This document shows, in pieces, positions 13,796 through 26,572 of a stretch of 64,000 nucleotides of DNA. Both the position numbers and the translations under genes were made by a program. Each line of letters opens with the position of its first letter. Positions within the stretch are counted from its first letter, which is position 1. Source of the DNA: Chiloscyllium plagiosum (lineage: Eukaryota); NCBI RefSeq assembly GCF_004010195.1, contig NC_057718.1:103791963-103855962 (forward strand). The letters are read 5' to 3'. Under the pieces are notes generated by a model. The model did no database searches. It was not told where the DNA came from and was given only the letters and a program-made list of their open reading frames with translations.

Positions 13796-13939
13796 ACCTA
13801 TTTTTAAAAAAATCTCTCGTCAACATGAAAATGCATCCCCTCATCTTGATGTGGCAGAGCCAGTGTTGGACTCGGGTGGACAAAGTTTAAAAAAAAATCA
13901 CACAACACCAGGTGATAGTCCAACAGGTTTATCTGGAAG

Positions 13940-13975
13940 CACAAGCTTTCGGAGCGACGCTCCTTCATCAGGTGG
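13940..13975 (-). ncRNA. Minimal type-I hammerhead ribozyme motif (PLE family B)
   Basis: Minus strand reads cac-CTGATGA-a-ggagc(gtc)gctcc-GAAA-gc-TT-gtg: stem I cac/gtg, perfect 5-bp stem II. Confidence 0.75.
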
Positions 13976-15437
13976 TTGTGGAGCAGCATCAGAAGACACA
14001 GAATTTAGAGCAAAAGATTACAATGTCAAGCATCTGAAATGATATATTGAACAAATCTAGATTGTTGCTAAATCTTTCATTTTTTAGAACGGGTTGCAGG
14101 GTTCAGTTCATTAATATGTAAATCTCAACTTCTTTTAAGTCACATTCTCGAGATAACTTAAGGCTTTATACAAAAAGGTGACATTTCAGCTCAGACAGTG
14201 CACTAAAGGTGTGAGATCAGAGTCTGTCTGTATCCCAATCTTGAGTCAGATTGGTTCTATTTCCAAAGTGGAATTTACAAAATATTACATGGATAGACTA
14301 CCTGCATATTGTGCATTTTTTGAACAAAATAGAATATATCTGCAAATATAATTCTGCAAATACAAATTCACCTTATAGACTTAGGGGTATGTGTGTGTAC
14401 AAGACAGAGAGGGACAGACAGACAGACAAACAGAGAGTGAGTGTGTGTGTGTGCACGTGCAAGCAAGCTTGGTGAAGTCTGTGTGTGAGTGTGATGGAGT
14501 ACAAGCGTGTGAGAGGGTGTGTGTGTGAGAGAGAGAGGGTCTGCATGAGTGTGAGGGTATGTAAGAGTGTGTGCGTGTGCGAGTGAGAGAGTGTATAGTG
14601 CAGTGGGGTCACCTCTAGTGTGACATAGACAATGTTGGCCGAGTCACATGAGTAGCTGCCACATACATGGTGGGTGGTGCCCCCTTCATTGTCCAGTATT
14701 TTCTGGGAGCTGAAAAACTCACCATGTTCTTTGCAGCATTATTAATGAGGATGAGCATCTCGCCAAGACCTTCCTTAAAGCCTCCACTTCTCACCTTTAA
14801 ACAGCCGCCAAACCTTAAACAGACCATTGTTCCCAGCAAACAGTCCAGCCTTCAGGACAACATCAGCCACAACACCATTCAACCCTGTCATGGCAACCAC
14901 TGCAAGACATGTCAAAGTGTCGAAATAGATGCCACCATTACACGTGGGGACACCATCCACCATATTTGCAGATATATTCTATTTTGCAGGTGCTCATGTG
15001 ACACGGCCAATGTGGACTGTCTCATAAGCTGCAGGCAAGGATGCTCTGAGGCATGGTACATTGTCGTAGCATCTGCTTGATCTTGCCAACAGATGAGTGG
15101 ACACTGCGCAACAATCCCTAAACAGGAATTTTCCCTCTCAGTTGGGGAACACATCAGCAGTAAAGGACCTTCAGCCTCAGACCTTCGGGTGGCCATCCTC
15201 CAAGGCTGACTTCGGGACAGGCAACAACACAAAGTGGCCGAGCAGAGGCTGATAGCCATGTTCGGTACCCATGGGGGTGGCCTCAACTGGGACCTTGGGT
15301 TCATGTCACACTACAGGTGACCCCACGGAACTGTACACACACATACACACACTCACACAAGCCCTCTCTCGTTCACGCACATAGACCCCCCCACACTCAC
15401 ACACACACTCTTACAGGCTTACACTCCATCACGTGCA

Positions 15438-15652
15438 CACTTTACCAAGTTAAAAATTACACAACACCAGGTTATAGTCCAACAGGTTTAATATGAAGCA
15501 CACTAGCTTTCCGAGTGCTGCTCCTTCATCAGGTGATTGGCTAGTATGCTTCCAATTAATCCTGTTGGACTATAACCTGGTGTTGTGTGATTTTTAACTT
15601 TGTACACCCCAGTCCAACACCGGCATCTCCAAATCATGACACTTTACCAAGT
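15438..15652. mobile_element. Nested fold-back mini-PLE (family B) with 13-bp TSD
   Basis: cactttaccaagt at 15438-15450 and 15640-15652; inverted arms; hammerhead motif on minus strand at about 15501-15535. Confidence 0.85.
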
Positions 15653-16093
15653 GTGCGCACTCACTCACTCACTCTCTCGCACACGTGCACACACATAAGT
15701 CTATGGGGTGAATTTGCATTTGCAGAAACGTTCTATTTTGCTCAAAAATGAACGATCTGCAGGCAGTCAATCCATGTAATATTTTATGAATTCTTACTTT
15801 GGACATAGGGCCAGTCTGACTCAAGATTGGGATACAGACAGACTCTAATCTCACACCTTTAATGCATTGTCTGAGCTGAGATATCACCTTTTTGTTTTAA
15901 AGAATGTTAAGTTATCTTGAGAATGTGACTTTAAAGAAGTTCTGGGTTTACACATTAAAGAACCGAAATCTGCAACCTATTCTAAAAGATGAAAGACTTA
16001 ACAACAATCTAGGTTTGTTCAATATATCATTTCAGTTGCTTCATACTAATCTTTCGTGATAAAATTCTGTGTCTTACGATCCTGCTGCAAAAC

Positions 16094-16128
16094 CACCTGA
16101 TGAAGGAGCAGCGCTCTGAAAGCTAGTG
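16094..16128 (+). ncRNA. Minimal type-I hammerhead ribozyme motif (PLE family B)
   Basis: cac-CTGATGA-a-ggagc(agc)gctct-GAAA-gc-TA-gtg. Confidence 0.75.
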
Positions 16129-16270
16129 CTTCCAGATAAGCCTGCTGGACTATCACCTGGTGTAGTGTGATTTTTAACTTTGTCCCTTAATCTTGAAATC
16201 CCCCATCCTAGGGAAAGGACAACTACCATTAATCCTCCCTATACCTGATTATTTTATAAACTTCTACCGT

Positions 16271-16582
16271 GGGCGGCACGGTGGCACAGTGGTTAGCACT
16301 GCTGCATCACAGCGTCTGAGACCCGGGTTCAGTTCCCGCCTCAGGAGACTGACTGTGTGGAGTTTGCACGTTCTCCCCGTGTCTGCGTGGGTTTCCTCCG
16401 GGTGCTCCGGTTTCCTCCCACAGTCCAAAGATGTGCAGGTCAGGTGAATTGGCCATGCTAAATTGCCCGTAGTGTTCGGTAAGGGGTAAATGCAGGGGTA
16501 TGGGTGGGTTGCGCTTCGGCGGGTTCGTGTGGACTTGTTGGGCTAAAGGTCCTGTTTCCACACTGTAATGTAATCTAATCTA
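16271..16582 (+). mobile_element. HE1-type V-SINE inserted in a minus-strand CR1 fragment (about 16190-16740)
   Basis: gggcggcacggtggcacagtggttagcactgctg head with A/B boxes, V-domain, (taatc)n tail. Confidence 0.93.
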
Positions 16583-17979
16583 AGCAGGTCACCTCTCAAT
16601 CTTCTACACTCAAGTGAAAAAAGTCCCAGCCTATCCAGCCTTTCTTTACAAATCAAACTATCCATCCCAGTAACATCCTTGTAAACTTCTTCTGACCCCT
16701 CTCCAGCGTAATAATATCCATTGCTCTACCAGCAATGCCCTAGTCCCACAAAAGAATAAAAGATGTTTGATAAGTCACAAGGAGGCTTTCATCCCATGAA
16801 GTAAATTCATTAATAAAGGGCAAAAAAGGCATGCCGTTGTTTCAAATGTGGGGAAGATATGTTGTGTGATGCTGGGAATTTAAATAGAAAGTGATTGAGT
16901 AATTCTTTTTGCAGGAATTAAAAAGCTGACCACTTAAACAATCAAAGACGATGCAGACAATTAGACTTGAAATTCGATTCATTTGGACTGAAAAGATCAT
17001 GTAAGGGTAACAATAGATGTAAATAATTCAACCACTCTCTTTTCTATTACTTAATGTATTTTCTCAAAAAAAATTATGCTTAATGGAACTATTCGCATAA
17101 TGGTACACAGAAATGTCTACACCATCATGATGCATAATTCATTCAGAAAGCAGAGACAATTTTGAATTTTAAATAATACTTAGCAAATAGTGAAGCCATA
17201 TAGGAGGAATGGAAAGCCTGTGGCAGTGGTGAAAACGTCTTTAAAAGCCTTTAAACTCCTACATTCTGATCCCCCAGTCCATCCCAGAAAGCTTTCTGGA
17301 GACAGTGGTGACGAGGAAAGTATCTTTGTTTTCTGAACCTGGATTTAATGTTAATCCAACAAGAACCACAGCGACCCTTGTGACAACAAACCAACCATTT
17401 ACAAACCTCGACAAACATTTCCAGCTGGGTATTACGTAAACACTGCCCCTTTATTTATCTCCTTTTCTCTCTCTCTCTCTTTCTCATCATCATTTTTCAA
17501 CCTTGGTCATGTCTGATTGATGACCTTTCACCTGTGTAGGTCAATGAGATAGGGTCTTTCTGGAACACAGAATCCATTTAAAACTCTTTGGAGTGAACTT
17601 AATATCTTTTAGCTGTTTCAACATAAAACTCTGTGCTGGGAGCACTGAAGAAAAATATTTGTCTGGCAATATAGTTTTTTCATTAAAATAAATTCAGACA
17701 GTGCAACAGATGACACATGCAACATGCCTATAGCACCTTCTGACCATTACCAGTACACATACCACCTAAATCATCTGTATTTGGGGTGAGAAATAGGATC
17801 AGGACAGGGCTGTTCAGCCCCTGGAACCTGCCCCAACCATACCTCGCGTCCACATTCCTGCCTGTTTCCTTGATTGCCTGACTGGTCAAGAACCTATCTC
17901 AGCCTTAAATATGCACAAGATCTCTGCCCCCACAGCTATCTGTGGGTAGGATAAAAAGGTAAAAGATAATAAGAAAAAG

Positions 17980-18195
17980 AGGTAAAAACAAGGACTGCAG
18001 ATGCTGGAAACCAGAGTCTAGATTAGATTGGTGCTGGAAAAGCACAGCAGCTCAGGCAGCATCCGAGGAGCAGGAGAATTGACGTTTCAGGCAAAAGGCT
18101 CTATTCCTGATGAAGGGCTTTTGCCCAAAATGTCAATTTTCCTGCACCTCGGATGTTGCCTGACCTGCTGTGCTTTTCCAGCACCACTCTAACCT
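17980..18195. mobile_element. Fold-back mini-PLE (family A) inside a minus-strand CR1 remnant (about 17790-18480)
   Basis: gtgctggaaaagcacagcag... and ...ctgctgtgcttttccagcac inverted arms around a decayed ctgatgaagggcttttgcccaaaatgtc. Confidence 0.8.
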
Positions 18196-19161
18196 AGGAG
18201 TTCCAAGACTCAAGCCTCAGAAAATAAATTCCTCCTCATCTTGGTCTTACATTGCCCACCCCTTTACTTTGAGACTGTGTCCTCTGGTCCTAAACTCTCT
18301 CATGAGGGTAAACACCCTCTCAGCATTGATCCTGTCAAGCCGCTTCAGAGTCCTTTATGTTTCAATGAGATCACCTCTCATTCTACTAAACTCCAGCGAG
18401 TAGAGTCCCAACCTATTTAACTTTTCTTCCTAATGCAATCCCTCTGTACCAGGATCATCCTCGTGAACCTTCTTTCTGAAAGTCATTCACTTGCCTCTAA
18501 GTTTGACCCAGTGTTAACAGCACACCTTGAAGTAAAGTCGCTCAGCTTTGAAGGGTGAATTTTAATTGGAATTGCACTCTGTAATCTATCCATATACCTC
18601 CCTCTCTGACAGGCTAAATATGGTGAGCCTGCCCATTCCTATACCTGAAATGTCAACCCTCCTGCTCCTCAGGTGCTGCCTGATCCACTGTGCCTATCCA
18701 GCACCACACCTTTCAACCACCATTTTCACACCTAGGTGCAGACTGGCACAAGGATTTGGGTGGAGAAGACAGGGCAAGCAATAAAAATTGATGATTGGCA
18801 GATTTTTAAAGTGGTTTCTAAAGATTTATCATCAAGGTAAGCAAAAGACCCAAAAACAAAATAATCCCATGCAAGTGAGGAACAACAGGCCTGCATTCAC
18901 ATTGCACTTTTTGTGACTTCAAGCTGTCTTAAAGTATTGGTCAACCAAGGAAGCTCTTTTAAAAGTCACTGTTACAATATAGGGGGAAACAAAAGTCAAA
19001 AAGAGTCTATATTCCAATGATTGTAGGACAAACATATCAACCTCAGAAGACTGTTCCTTGCATACCTTGTATAGTGAACCTTCTATGGATCACCTCCAAT
19101 GCTGATATATCTAGCTTTAAGTAAGTAGCCCATGGTATTGCTCTTTTGAAGTTGTCTAATT

Positions 19162-19498
19162 GGGCGGCACGGTGGCCCAGTGGTTAGCACTGCTGCCTCA
19201 CAGCGCCTGTAGACCCGGGTTCAATTCCCGACTCAGGCGACTGACTGTGTGGAGTTTGCACATTCTCCCCGTGTCTGCGTGGGTTTCCTCCGGGTGCTCT
19301 GGTTTCCTCCCACAGTCCAAAGATGTGCGGGTTAGGTGAATTGGCCATGCTAAATTGCCCGTAGTGTTAGGTTAAAGGGGTAAAGTAGGGGTATGGGTGG
19401 GTTGCGCTTCGGCGGGTCGGTGTGGACTTGTTGGGCCGAAGGGCCTGTTTCCACACTGTAAGTAATGTAATCTAATCTAAAAAAAAAAAAAAAAAAAA
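19162..19498 (+). mobile_element. HE1-type V-SINE with poly(A) tail
   Basis: Full tRNA-like head, V-domain, taatctaatct followed by an A run. Confidence 0.93.
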
Positions 19499-19540
19499 TT
19501 AGACTGCTCCTACTCAGGGTCTGCTGCATCCCCAACCATA

Positions 19541-20486
19541 CCTTATTGAAGAGTAAGAATGTGTTGCTGGAAAAGCGCAGCAGGTCAGGCAGCATCCAAG
19601 GAGCAGGAGAATCGATGTTTCGGGCATGAGCCCTTCTTCAGGAATGAGGCGTGTGCGCCAAGCAGGCTAAGATAAAAGATAGGGAGGAGGGACTTGGGGG
19701 ANNNNNNNNNNNNNNNNNNNNNNNNNNNNNNNNNNNNNNNNNNNNNNNNNNNNNNNNNNNNNNNNNNNNNNNNNNNNNNNNNNNNNNNNNNNNNNNNNNN
19801 NNNNNNNNNNNNNNNNNNNNNNNNNNNNNNNNNNNNNNNNNNNNNNNNNNNNNNNNNNNNNNNNNNNNNNNNNNNNNNNNNNNNNNNNNNNNNNNNNNNN
19901 NNNNNNNNNNNNNNNNNNNNNNNNNNNNNNNNNNNNNNNNNNNNNNNNNNNNNNNNNNNNNNNNNNNNNNNNNNNNNNNNNNNNNNNNNNNNNNNNNNNN
20001 NNNNNNNNNNNNNNNNNNNNNNNNNNNNNNNNNNNNNNNNNNNNNNNNNNNNNNNNNNNNNNNNNNNNNNNNNNNNNNNNNNNNNNNNNNNNNNNNNNNN
20101 NNNNNNNNNNNNNNNNNNNNNNNNNNNNNNNNNNNNNNNNNNNNNNNNNNNNNNNNNNNNNNNNNNNNNNNNNNNNNNNNNNNNNNNNNNNNNNNNNNNN
20201 NNNNNNNNNNNNNNNNNNNNNNNNNNNNNTCCCGCCTATCACCCTCACCTTAACCTCCTTCCACCTATTGCATTCCCAATGCCCCTCCCCCAAGTCCCTC
20301 CTCCCTACCTTTTATCTTAGCCTACTTGGCACACCTTCCTCATTCCTGAAGAAGGGCTTATGCCCGAAATGTCGATTCTCCTGCTCCTTGAATGCTGCCT
20401 GACCTGCTGCACTTTTCCAGCAACACATTGTTCAGCTCTGATCTCCAGCATCTGCAGTCCTCACTTTCTCCTTATTGAAGAGTAAG
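19541..20486. mobile_element. PLE family A with inverted termini spanning an assembly gap; 17-bp TSD
   Basis: ccttattgaagagtaag at 19541-19557 and 20470-20486; hammerhead motifs at about 19612-19646 (-) and 20341-20378 (+). Confidence 0.85.
19702..20229. other. Assembly gap
   Basis: Run of N. Confidence 1.
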
Positions 20487-21338
20487 TCTCTCTCACTCCC
20501 AAGGAGTCCTGGAAATTCTCTATTCTAATAGACAGAATCCCCTCAGTAGCTCTTTAGCACCATGCTTCATTTTTCGCTTCTTCAAGTCCTGACGACATGT
20601 GGAAATTGATAGCAGGTTTGCCCCATCACTAACATATTCATTTTCCATTATACTACAGTAACTGCATTTCAAAAGTACATCATCGGCTTTAAAATACAGG
20701 GATGTCCAGAGGCAAATGTGTTTACTGGCAAAATGTACCATCAGGCCTTGAACTGAGTGGCTCACTAAGGCCATTTTTGGTGATAGTTAAGAGTTGTGGA
20801 TCTGGAGACACATGTAGGTCAGACCTGGCAAGGACGGCAAATTTCCTTCCTTGATAAAAAAAAGGGGATATTAATGAATGAGTTGGGTTTTTACAACTTA
20901 ATCAATTGTCATTCCTAATAAACAAAACTTTTCTCATTCCAGATTTACATAATTAACAGAGTAAAAATTTCTCAACTACCAGGTGCATACTCAAACCCTC
21001 CAGGTTACAAACTCAGTCATACAACCACCATGCTACCATTTTTAAGCCTTTTAACATTACAGAATGTATGCAAGGACAAGCTCACCAAATAGAAGAACAA
21101 TAATTTCATCAAAATTAGAGACGTAAGCACTAAAGTGTTGTTTGAAATCATCCATAAAACCTTTCAGACTGAACAAAAACTCAATGCTCCTCACTTGCCT
21201 GGATGGGTGCAGCTCCAACAACCCTCAAGAAACAGCATGCCATCCAGGCCAAACCAGCCTGCTTGACTGGCACCATATCCACAAACATCCACTCCCTCCA
21301 CCACCAATGCTCAGTACACACTGCTACTACTATCTACA

Positions 21339-21620
21339 GGCAGCACGGTAGCACAGTGGTTAGCACTGCTACCTCACAGCGCCAGAGACCCGGGTTCAAT
21401 TCCCGCCGCAGGCGACTGACTGTGTGAAGTTTGCACATTCTCCCCGTGTCTGCGTGGGTTTCCTCCCACAGTCCAAAGATGTGCAGGTTAGGGTAGATTG
21501 GCCATGCTGAATTGCCCGTAGTGTTAGGTTAGGGGTATGGGTGGGTTGCGCTTCGGCGGGGTGGTGTGCACTTGTTGGGCCGAAGGGCCTGTTTCCACAC
21601 TGTAAGTAATCTAATCTAAA
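21339..21620 (+). mobile_element. HE1-type V-SINE inserted in a LINE 3' fragment
   Basis: ggcagcacggtagcacagtggttagcactgct head; taatctaatct tail; host LINE resumes at about 21625. Confidence 0.9.
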
Positions 21621-21840
21621 AGAGGCTCTGCAGAAATTCACCAAAGATCCTCAGACAGCACCTTCCAAACCCACGACCACTTCCTTCTAGAAGGACAAAG
21701 GCAGGAGATACATGGGAACACCACCACCTGCAGGTTCCCCAAGTCTTGACATGGAAACATATCACCATTTCTTTAATGCCACTATGTCAACAACCTGGTA
21801 CTCCCTTCTTAACATTGTGCGTGTCCCGACACCAAATGGA

Positions 21841-23630
21841 CTAAATTGTGGGGACGTCATTCCTACAAGTCAGGCCAGCCTCTGAGAACAGAACAGCATG
21901 AATAACCTTCTAAATCAGCTGTAAATGAAAATTAGTAGTTGGTTAAGTACCTGAAACAGCATTTGTGTGAGTACAGCCGGCTGATTGCTTCACAGACTGG
22001 AGATCTGAGGCTTGACTGACTGAAAACAGACAGGGGAGTGGTCTTTACGGGGTGCTGATAGGGGAGGGGAGGGAAATATATCCTTGGTGGTGGGGTCCGT
22101 TTGGAGGTCACCCATACAGAGTGATAACTTCACAAGTGGAAATTTAATGAAAAGATCCCATGATGTGTTCCATGTTTTGTGACACTTACTGTAACAGAAC
22201 ACACACAAAGTTAACATTGACTCAACAATATTTCATCATGGAACATAAACTGTAAATGGTGAGAAGTCTTCCCATCAGTTTTTATATTGACCAAGAATCA
22301 CAGGTGTTATGGTGCAGAAGGAAACCATTTGGCCCATCGTGCCTTCACTTGTTCTACCACCTGGTGCAAACTTCCCATCTCTTCCTTAAGTCCCTGCACA
22401 CCATTTCTATCCAAGGGCCCTCTTGAATGCCTCAACTGAACATACCTCCATCACATTTCCAGGCAGTGCATTCTAGGCCATACTTACTCACTGTGTGAGA
22501 ACATTTTCCTCACATCAACCTTGCTTCTTTTAAATTGGCAGCTCAATGCCACCTTCCCAAGGGCAGTTAGGAAGGCCCACATCATATGGACGAAGTAAAA
22601 AGCAAGTCCAATGGAAAACCACTAACCTTCATTGAAATGGTGTTCAATAGATTCACCATTGTCTGTTCTGTCCTAGGGCTTTATGAGTGGAACATGTGCC
22701 CTCATATAAACACAAAGTCTTTTCTTTCCTTTTCAAAGGGGACAGCAGCAGCAGATTTAAATCTAATAACGGGCGGGCAACACAACAAGATCACTTTGAC
22801 AAAACTCCCTCAGGACCCAAACTGCACACAGATGTAATGTTGCCTAAACTACCTTCTTGTGTGGGTCTTAGAGTCAGCTTTATTAGCCTGGAAATTGCTA
22901 TTCCTGTCCTAATTGTAGGCTAACTTTGAATGATTAAAATTTTCTGGTAGAGTGTACCCCTGCTGGTTAATACACAATTTTCTGTTTTCAATCTGTGGTC
23001 TAAATTGTGGGGAAGTCATTCCGACAAGTCAGGCCAGCCTCTGAGAACAGACCAGCATGAATAACCTTCTAAATCAGCTGTAAATTGAAATTGTTAGTTG
23101 GTTAAGTACCTGAAATAACATTTGTGTGAGTACAGCCATATTGCTGGAGATGGGTGGCATGGTGGTTAGCACTGCTGCCTCACAGCACCAAGGTCCCAGG
23201 TTCGATTCCAACCTTGGGTGACTGTCTGTGTGGAGTTTGCACATTCTCCCTGTGTCTGCGTGGGTGTGATCCAGCTTCCTCCCACAGTCCAAAGATGTGT
23301 GGGCCAGGTGAATTGGCCTTCTAAATTGCCCATAGTGTTAGGTGCATCATTCAGAGGGAAATAGGTGACTCTTCAGAGGGTCGGTGTGGACTTGTTGGGC
23401 CTTAGGGCCTGTAGGGAATCTTGACTGACTGAACACAGACAGCTTATCACAAGACTGATAACTTCAAACATCCAGTGACTGATTGAAAAGATCAGTGATA
23501 CAGTTTTATGTTTTGTGACATTTAGTGTAACAAACAAACTAAAAGTTAACATTGAGTCAACATTGTTTCAATGTGAAATTCTAAGTATGGGAAGTTTTCC
23601 CATTAATTTTTACACTGACCGAAAATCCCA
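21841..23630 (+). repeat. Local direct duplication (about 21841-22292 and 23000-23630)
   Basis: ctaaattgtgggga..gtcattcc.acaagtcaggccagcctctgagaacag... repeated; the second copy carries an HE1 SINE. Confidence 0.9.
23152..23420 (+). mobile_element. HE1-type V-SINE
   Basis: gggtggcatggtggttagcactgctgcctcacagc head and V-domain. Confidence 0.88.
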
Positions 23631-23863
23631 CTCCACCACTACATATTATTGCACCCTTTAAAGGACATCTCATTTTCGAGAAATCAATCTAAAGTAATTC
23701 ATACCTCCCGAAGGCTTGTATTTTACCTTTGCCTTTCCAAGTTTGGTGATTCCTAACTCAGCAACTAGAATAACCATCTGCATGGTCTAGGAGGAATCTG
23801 AATCTGTCAATGCCCACCTCTGAATCCAGAGTGACCCCTATCACTCAGTTACAAGCAATGTAG

Positions 23864-24070
23864 CAATTTACCCCAAAGTGCATTACTCAATGAGCAATTT
23901 ACTCTAGTAGTGCATTACCCCAATAGCACAATACCCCCTAGTGAAATACTCCAGGGGTGCATTACTCCAGTAGTGCATTACTCCAACAACACATTACCCA
24001 ATGAGTGCATTACTCCAATAATGCATTACTGCAGTTGCACATTATCCAAGTAGTGATTTATTCCAGTCGT
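23864..24070 (+). repeat. Degenerate 16-bp minisatellite (about 13 units, consensus near tgcattactccaatag)
   Basis: tgcattactccagtag tgcattactccaacaa cacattacccaatgag tgcattactccaataa... Confidence 0.85.
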
Positions 24071-24275
24071 ATTCAATAACATACAACCCTCCCTTCACTA
24101 TTAGCCCAGTAAACCTTCCATAAATTGCTTCCAATGCATTTGTATCCAATAGTTCATGACTACAAGAAGCTTATCTAAAATTATAAAGAGGTCTTAATCA
24201 ATTGGGTCAATGGGCCGATGGGTAACAGATGGAATTTAATTTGGATAAATGTGAGGTATTGTATTTTGGTAAAAC

Positions 24276-25825
24276 AAAGAACAAAGAACAATATATCACA
24301 GGAACAGGCCCTTCGGCCCTCCAAGCCTGCGCCAACACATTTTGCCCTTCCATACTAAAACTGTCTTCACTAACAGGATCCGTATCCCGCTATTCCCTTC
24401 CAATTCATGTATATGTCCAGGTGCTTCCTGAATGCTGCTGTTGTGTCTGCTTCCACCCCCTAACCTGGCAGTGCGTTCCAGGCATCCACCACCCTCTGTG
24501 TGAAAAACCTGTCTCACACATCTTTTTTAAACTCCTCCCCCCACCTCACCTTGAACCTGTGTCGAGAAAGTGAGGTCTGCAGATGCTGGAGATCAGAACT
24601 GAAATGTGTTGCTGGAGAAGCGCAGCAGGTCAGGCAGCATCCAGGGAACAGGAGAATCGACGTTTCGGGCATAAGCCCTTCTTCAGGAAGAAGGATGTTC
24701 CCTGGATGCTGCCTGACCTGCTGCGCTTCTCCAGCAACACATTTTCAGTTTTGAACCTGTGTCCCCTAGTAATTGATCCCACCACCCTGGGAAAAAGCCT
24801 CATACTTCTCACTCTGTCCATGTCATTCACAACCTTATAAACTTCTATCTGGTTGCCCCTCAACCTCCTGCGTTCCAGTGAAAACGAATCCAGTTTGTCC
24901 AACCTTTCTTCATCGCTAAAATCCCCCACACCAGGCAACATCCTGGTAAATCTTTTCTTTAACCTCTCCAAAGCATCTACAAGGTAGTGTGATAACCAGC
25001 AAGTGTGACCTAACTAAAATTTTATAAAGCTGCAGCGTAACTTGTCTATCCTTATACTCAATGCCCTTTTCAATGAAGACAAGCATGCCATAGGCCTTTT
25101 TACTACCTTATCTACCTCTGCTGTCACCTTCAGCGATCTGTGGACCTGCACTCCCAGATCCCTCTGCGTATCAATACTTTTAAGAGTTCTGCCGTTCACT
25201 ATGTAATTTTCACCTGTACCTGACCTTCCAAAATGCATCATCTCACATTTGTCCAGATTAAATTCCATCTGCCATTTTTCTGCCCATGCCTCTAACTGAT
25301 CTATATCCTGCTGTATCCTCTGACAGTCCTCCTCACTATCTGCAACTCCACCAATTTTTGTATAGACTGCAAACTTACTAATTAGACCAGCTACATTTTC
25401 CTCCATATCATTTATGTAGATCACAAACAGCAGAGGTCCCAGCACTGGTCCCTGTGGAACACCACTAGACATAGCCTTCCATTCTGAAAAAAGCATTCTT
25501 CCACTGCTACCCTCTGTCTCCTATGACTCAGCCAGTCCTGTATCCATCTTGCCAGCTCACCCCGATACCATGTGACTTCACCTTTTGTACCAATCTGCCA
25601 TAAAGGACCTTGTCAAATGCTTTACTGAAGTCCATGTAGACAATATCAACCGATTTCCCTTCAACAATCACCTTCATCACCTCCTCAAAAAACTCTATCA
25701 AGTTAGTGAGGCACAACCTCCCCCGTACAAAACCATGCTGTCTATCGCCAATCAGTCCACTTGCTTCTAAACAAGTGTAGATCTTGTCCCTGAGAATCTT
25801 TTCCAATAAGTTCCCTACCACTGAC
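24276..25825 (-). mobile_element. CR1 LINE RT fragment nested in a plus-strand CR1 (about 24180-24275 plus 25826-26560)
   Basis: SGVPQGPVLGPLLFVIYINDM..KFA, VYMDFSKAFDKV, QHGFVRGRLCLTNLIEFFEE; the host reading resumes after an aaacaa duplication. Confidence 0.92.
24551..24763. mobile_element. Fold-back mini-PLE (family A) with 13-bp TSD and intact hammerhead core (minus strand, about 24655-24690)
   Basis: ttgaacctgtgtc at 24551-24563 and 24751-24763; minus strand reads ttc-CTGAAGA-a-gggc(ttat)gccc-GAAA-cg-TC-ga. Confidence 0.88.
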
Positions 25826-26572
25826 AAACAAGGATGGGACTTATACAACAAATAGTCGGGCCCTGGATGGTGTGGTAGAACAGAGGTTCAGGTACATAAT
25901 TTTTTGCAATGTTAGTCATATGTAGGCAGGGTGGTTAAGAAGGCATTTAGCACACTTGCTCAGACATTTGAGTATAGTAGTTGGGAAGTCATGTTGAGGG
26001 TGTACAAGACATTGGTGAGGCCTGGAGTACTTTGTCCAGTTCTGGTTGCCCTGTTAGAGGAAGGACATTATAAAACTGGAGAGGGTTCAGAAAAAAGTAT
26101 TGCCAGAATGGAAGGTTTGAGTTATAAGGAGAGGCTGGATATGCTGGGACATTTTTCACTGGAGCCTACGAGGTTGAGGAGTGACCTGATAGAGGTTTAT
26201 AAAACCATGAGGGGCATAGATAAGGTGAATAGCAAGTGTCTTTTCCCTAGGATGGGGGAGTTCATAACTAGAGGGCATACGTTTAAGGTGAGAGGAGAAA
26301 ATTTTGAAAAGGACACAAAGGACAACTGTTTTACAAAGAGAGTGGTTTGTGTGTGGAATGAACTGCCAGAGGAAGTGGTGGATGTTGGTACAGTTGTAAT
26401 GTTTAAAAGACAATTAAATAAGTACATCAATGGGAAAGGTTTGGAGGGATATCGACCGGGAGCAGGCAGGTAGCACTAGTTTGGTTTGGGAACATGGGCA
26501 GTGTGGACTAGTTGGACCAAAGGGTCTGTTTCAGTGCTGTATGACTCTATGACTCCATATAGAGTGACTCTA

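Larger units (their letters stand above)
13850..16185 (+). mobile_element. PLE family B: 5'-truncated GIY-YIG region flanked by inverted pseudo-LTRs (about 13850-14630 minus, about 15300-16185 plus)
   Basis: PPLLTFKQPPNLKQTIV, PCHGNHCKTC, CSCDTANVDCLISCRQGCSEAWYI, GEHIS, AEQRLIAMFGTHGGGLNWDLGFMSHY are PLE linker and GIY-YIG C-terminal motifs; long reverse-complement arms contain (CA/GT)n. Confidence 0.88.

Noticed and set aside
16271..16345. tRNA genes at SINE heads (A/B boxes)
   Set aside because: They continue directly into the V-SINE body and LINE-like tail, so they are SINE promoters rather than tRNA genes
17432..17442. Overlapping TTACGTAA and GTAAACA transcription-factor motifs
   Set aside because: A single short motif is expected by chance in 64 kb
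19651..20320. Long ORFs of 200-327 aa in the track (also at 47178-48175 and 53723-54742)
   Set aside because: Artefacts of translating through N gaps
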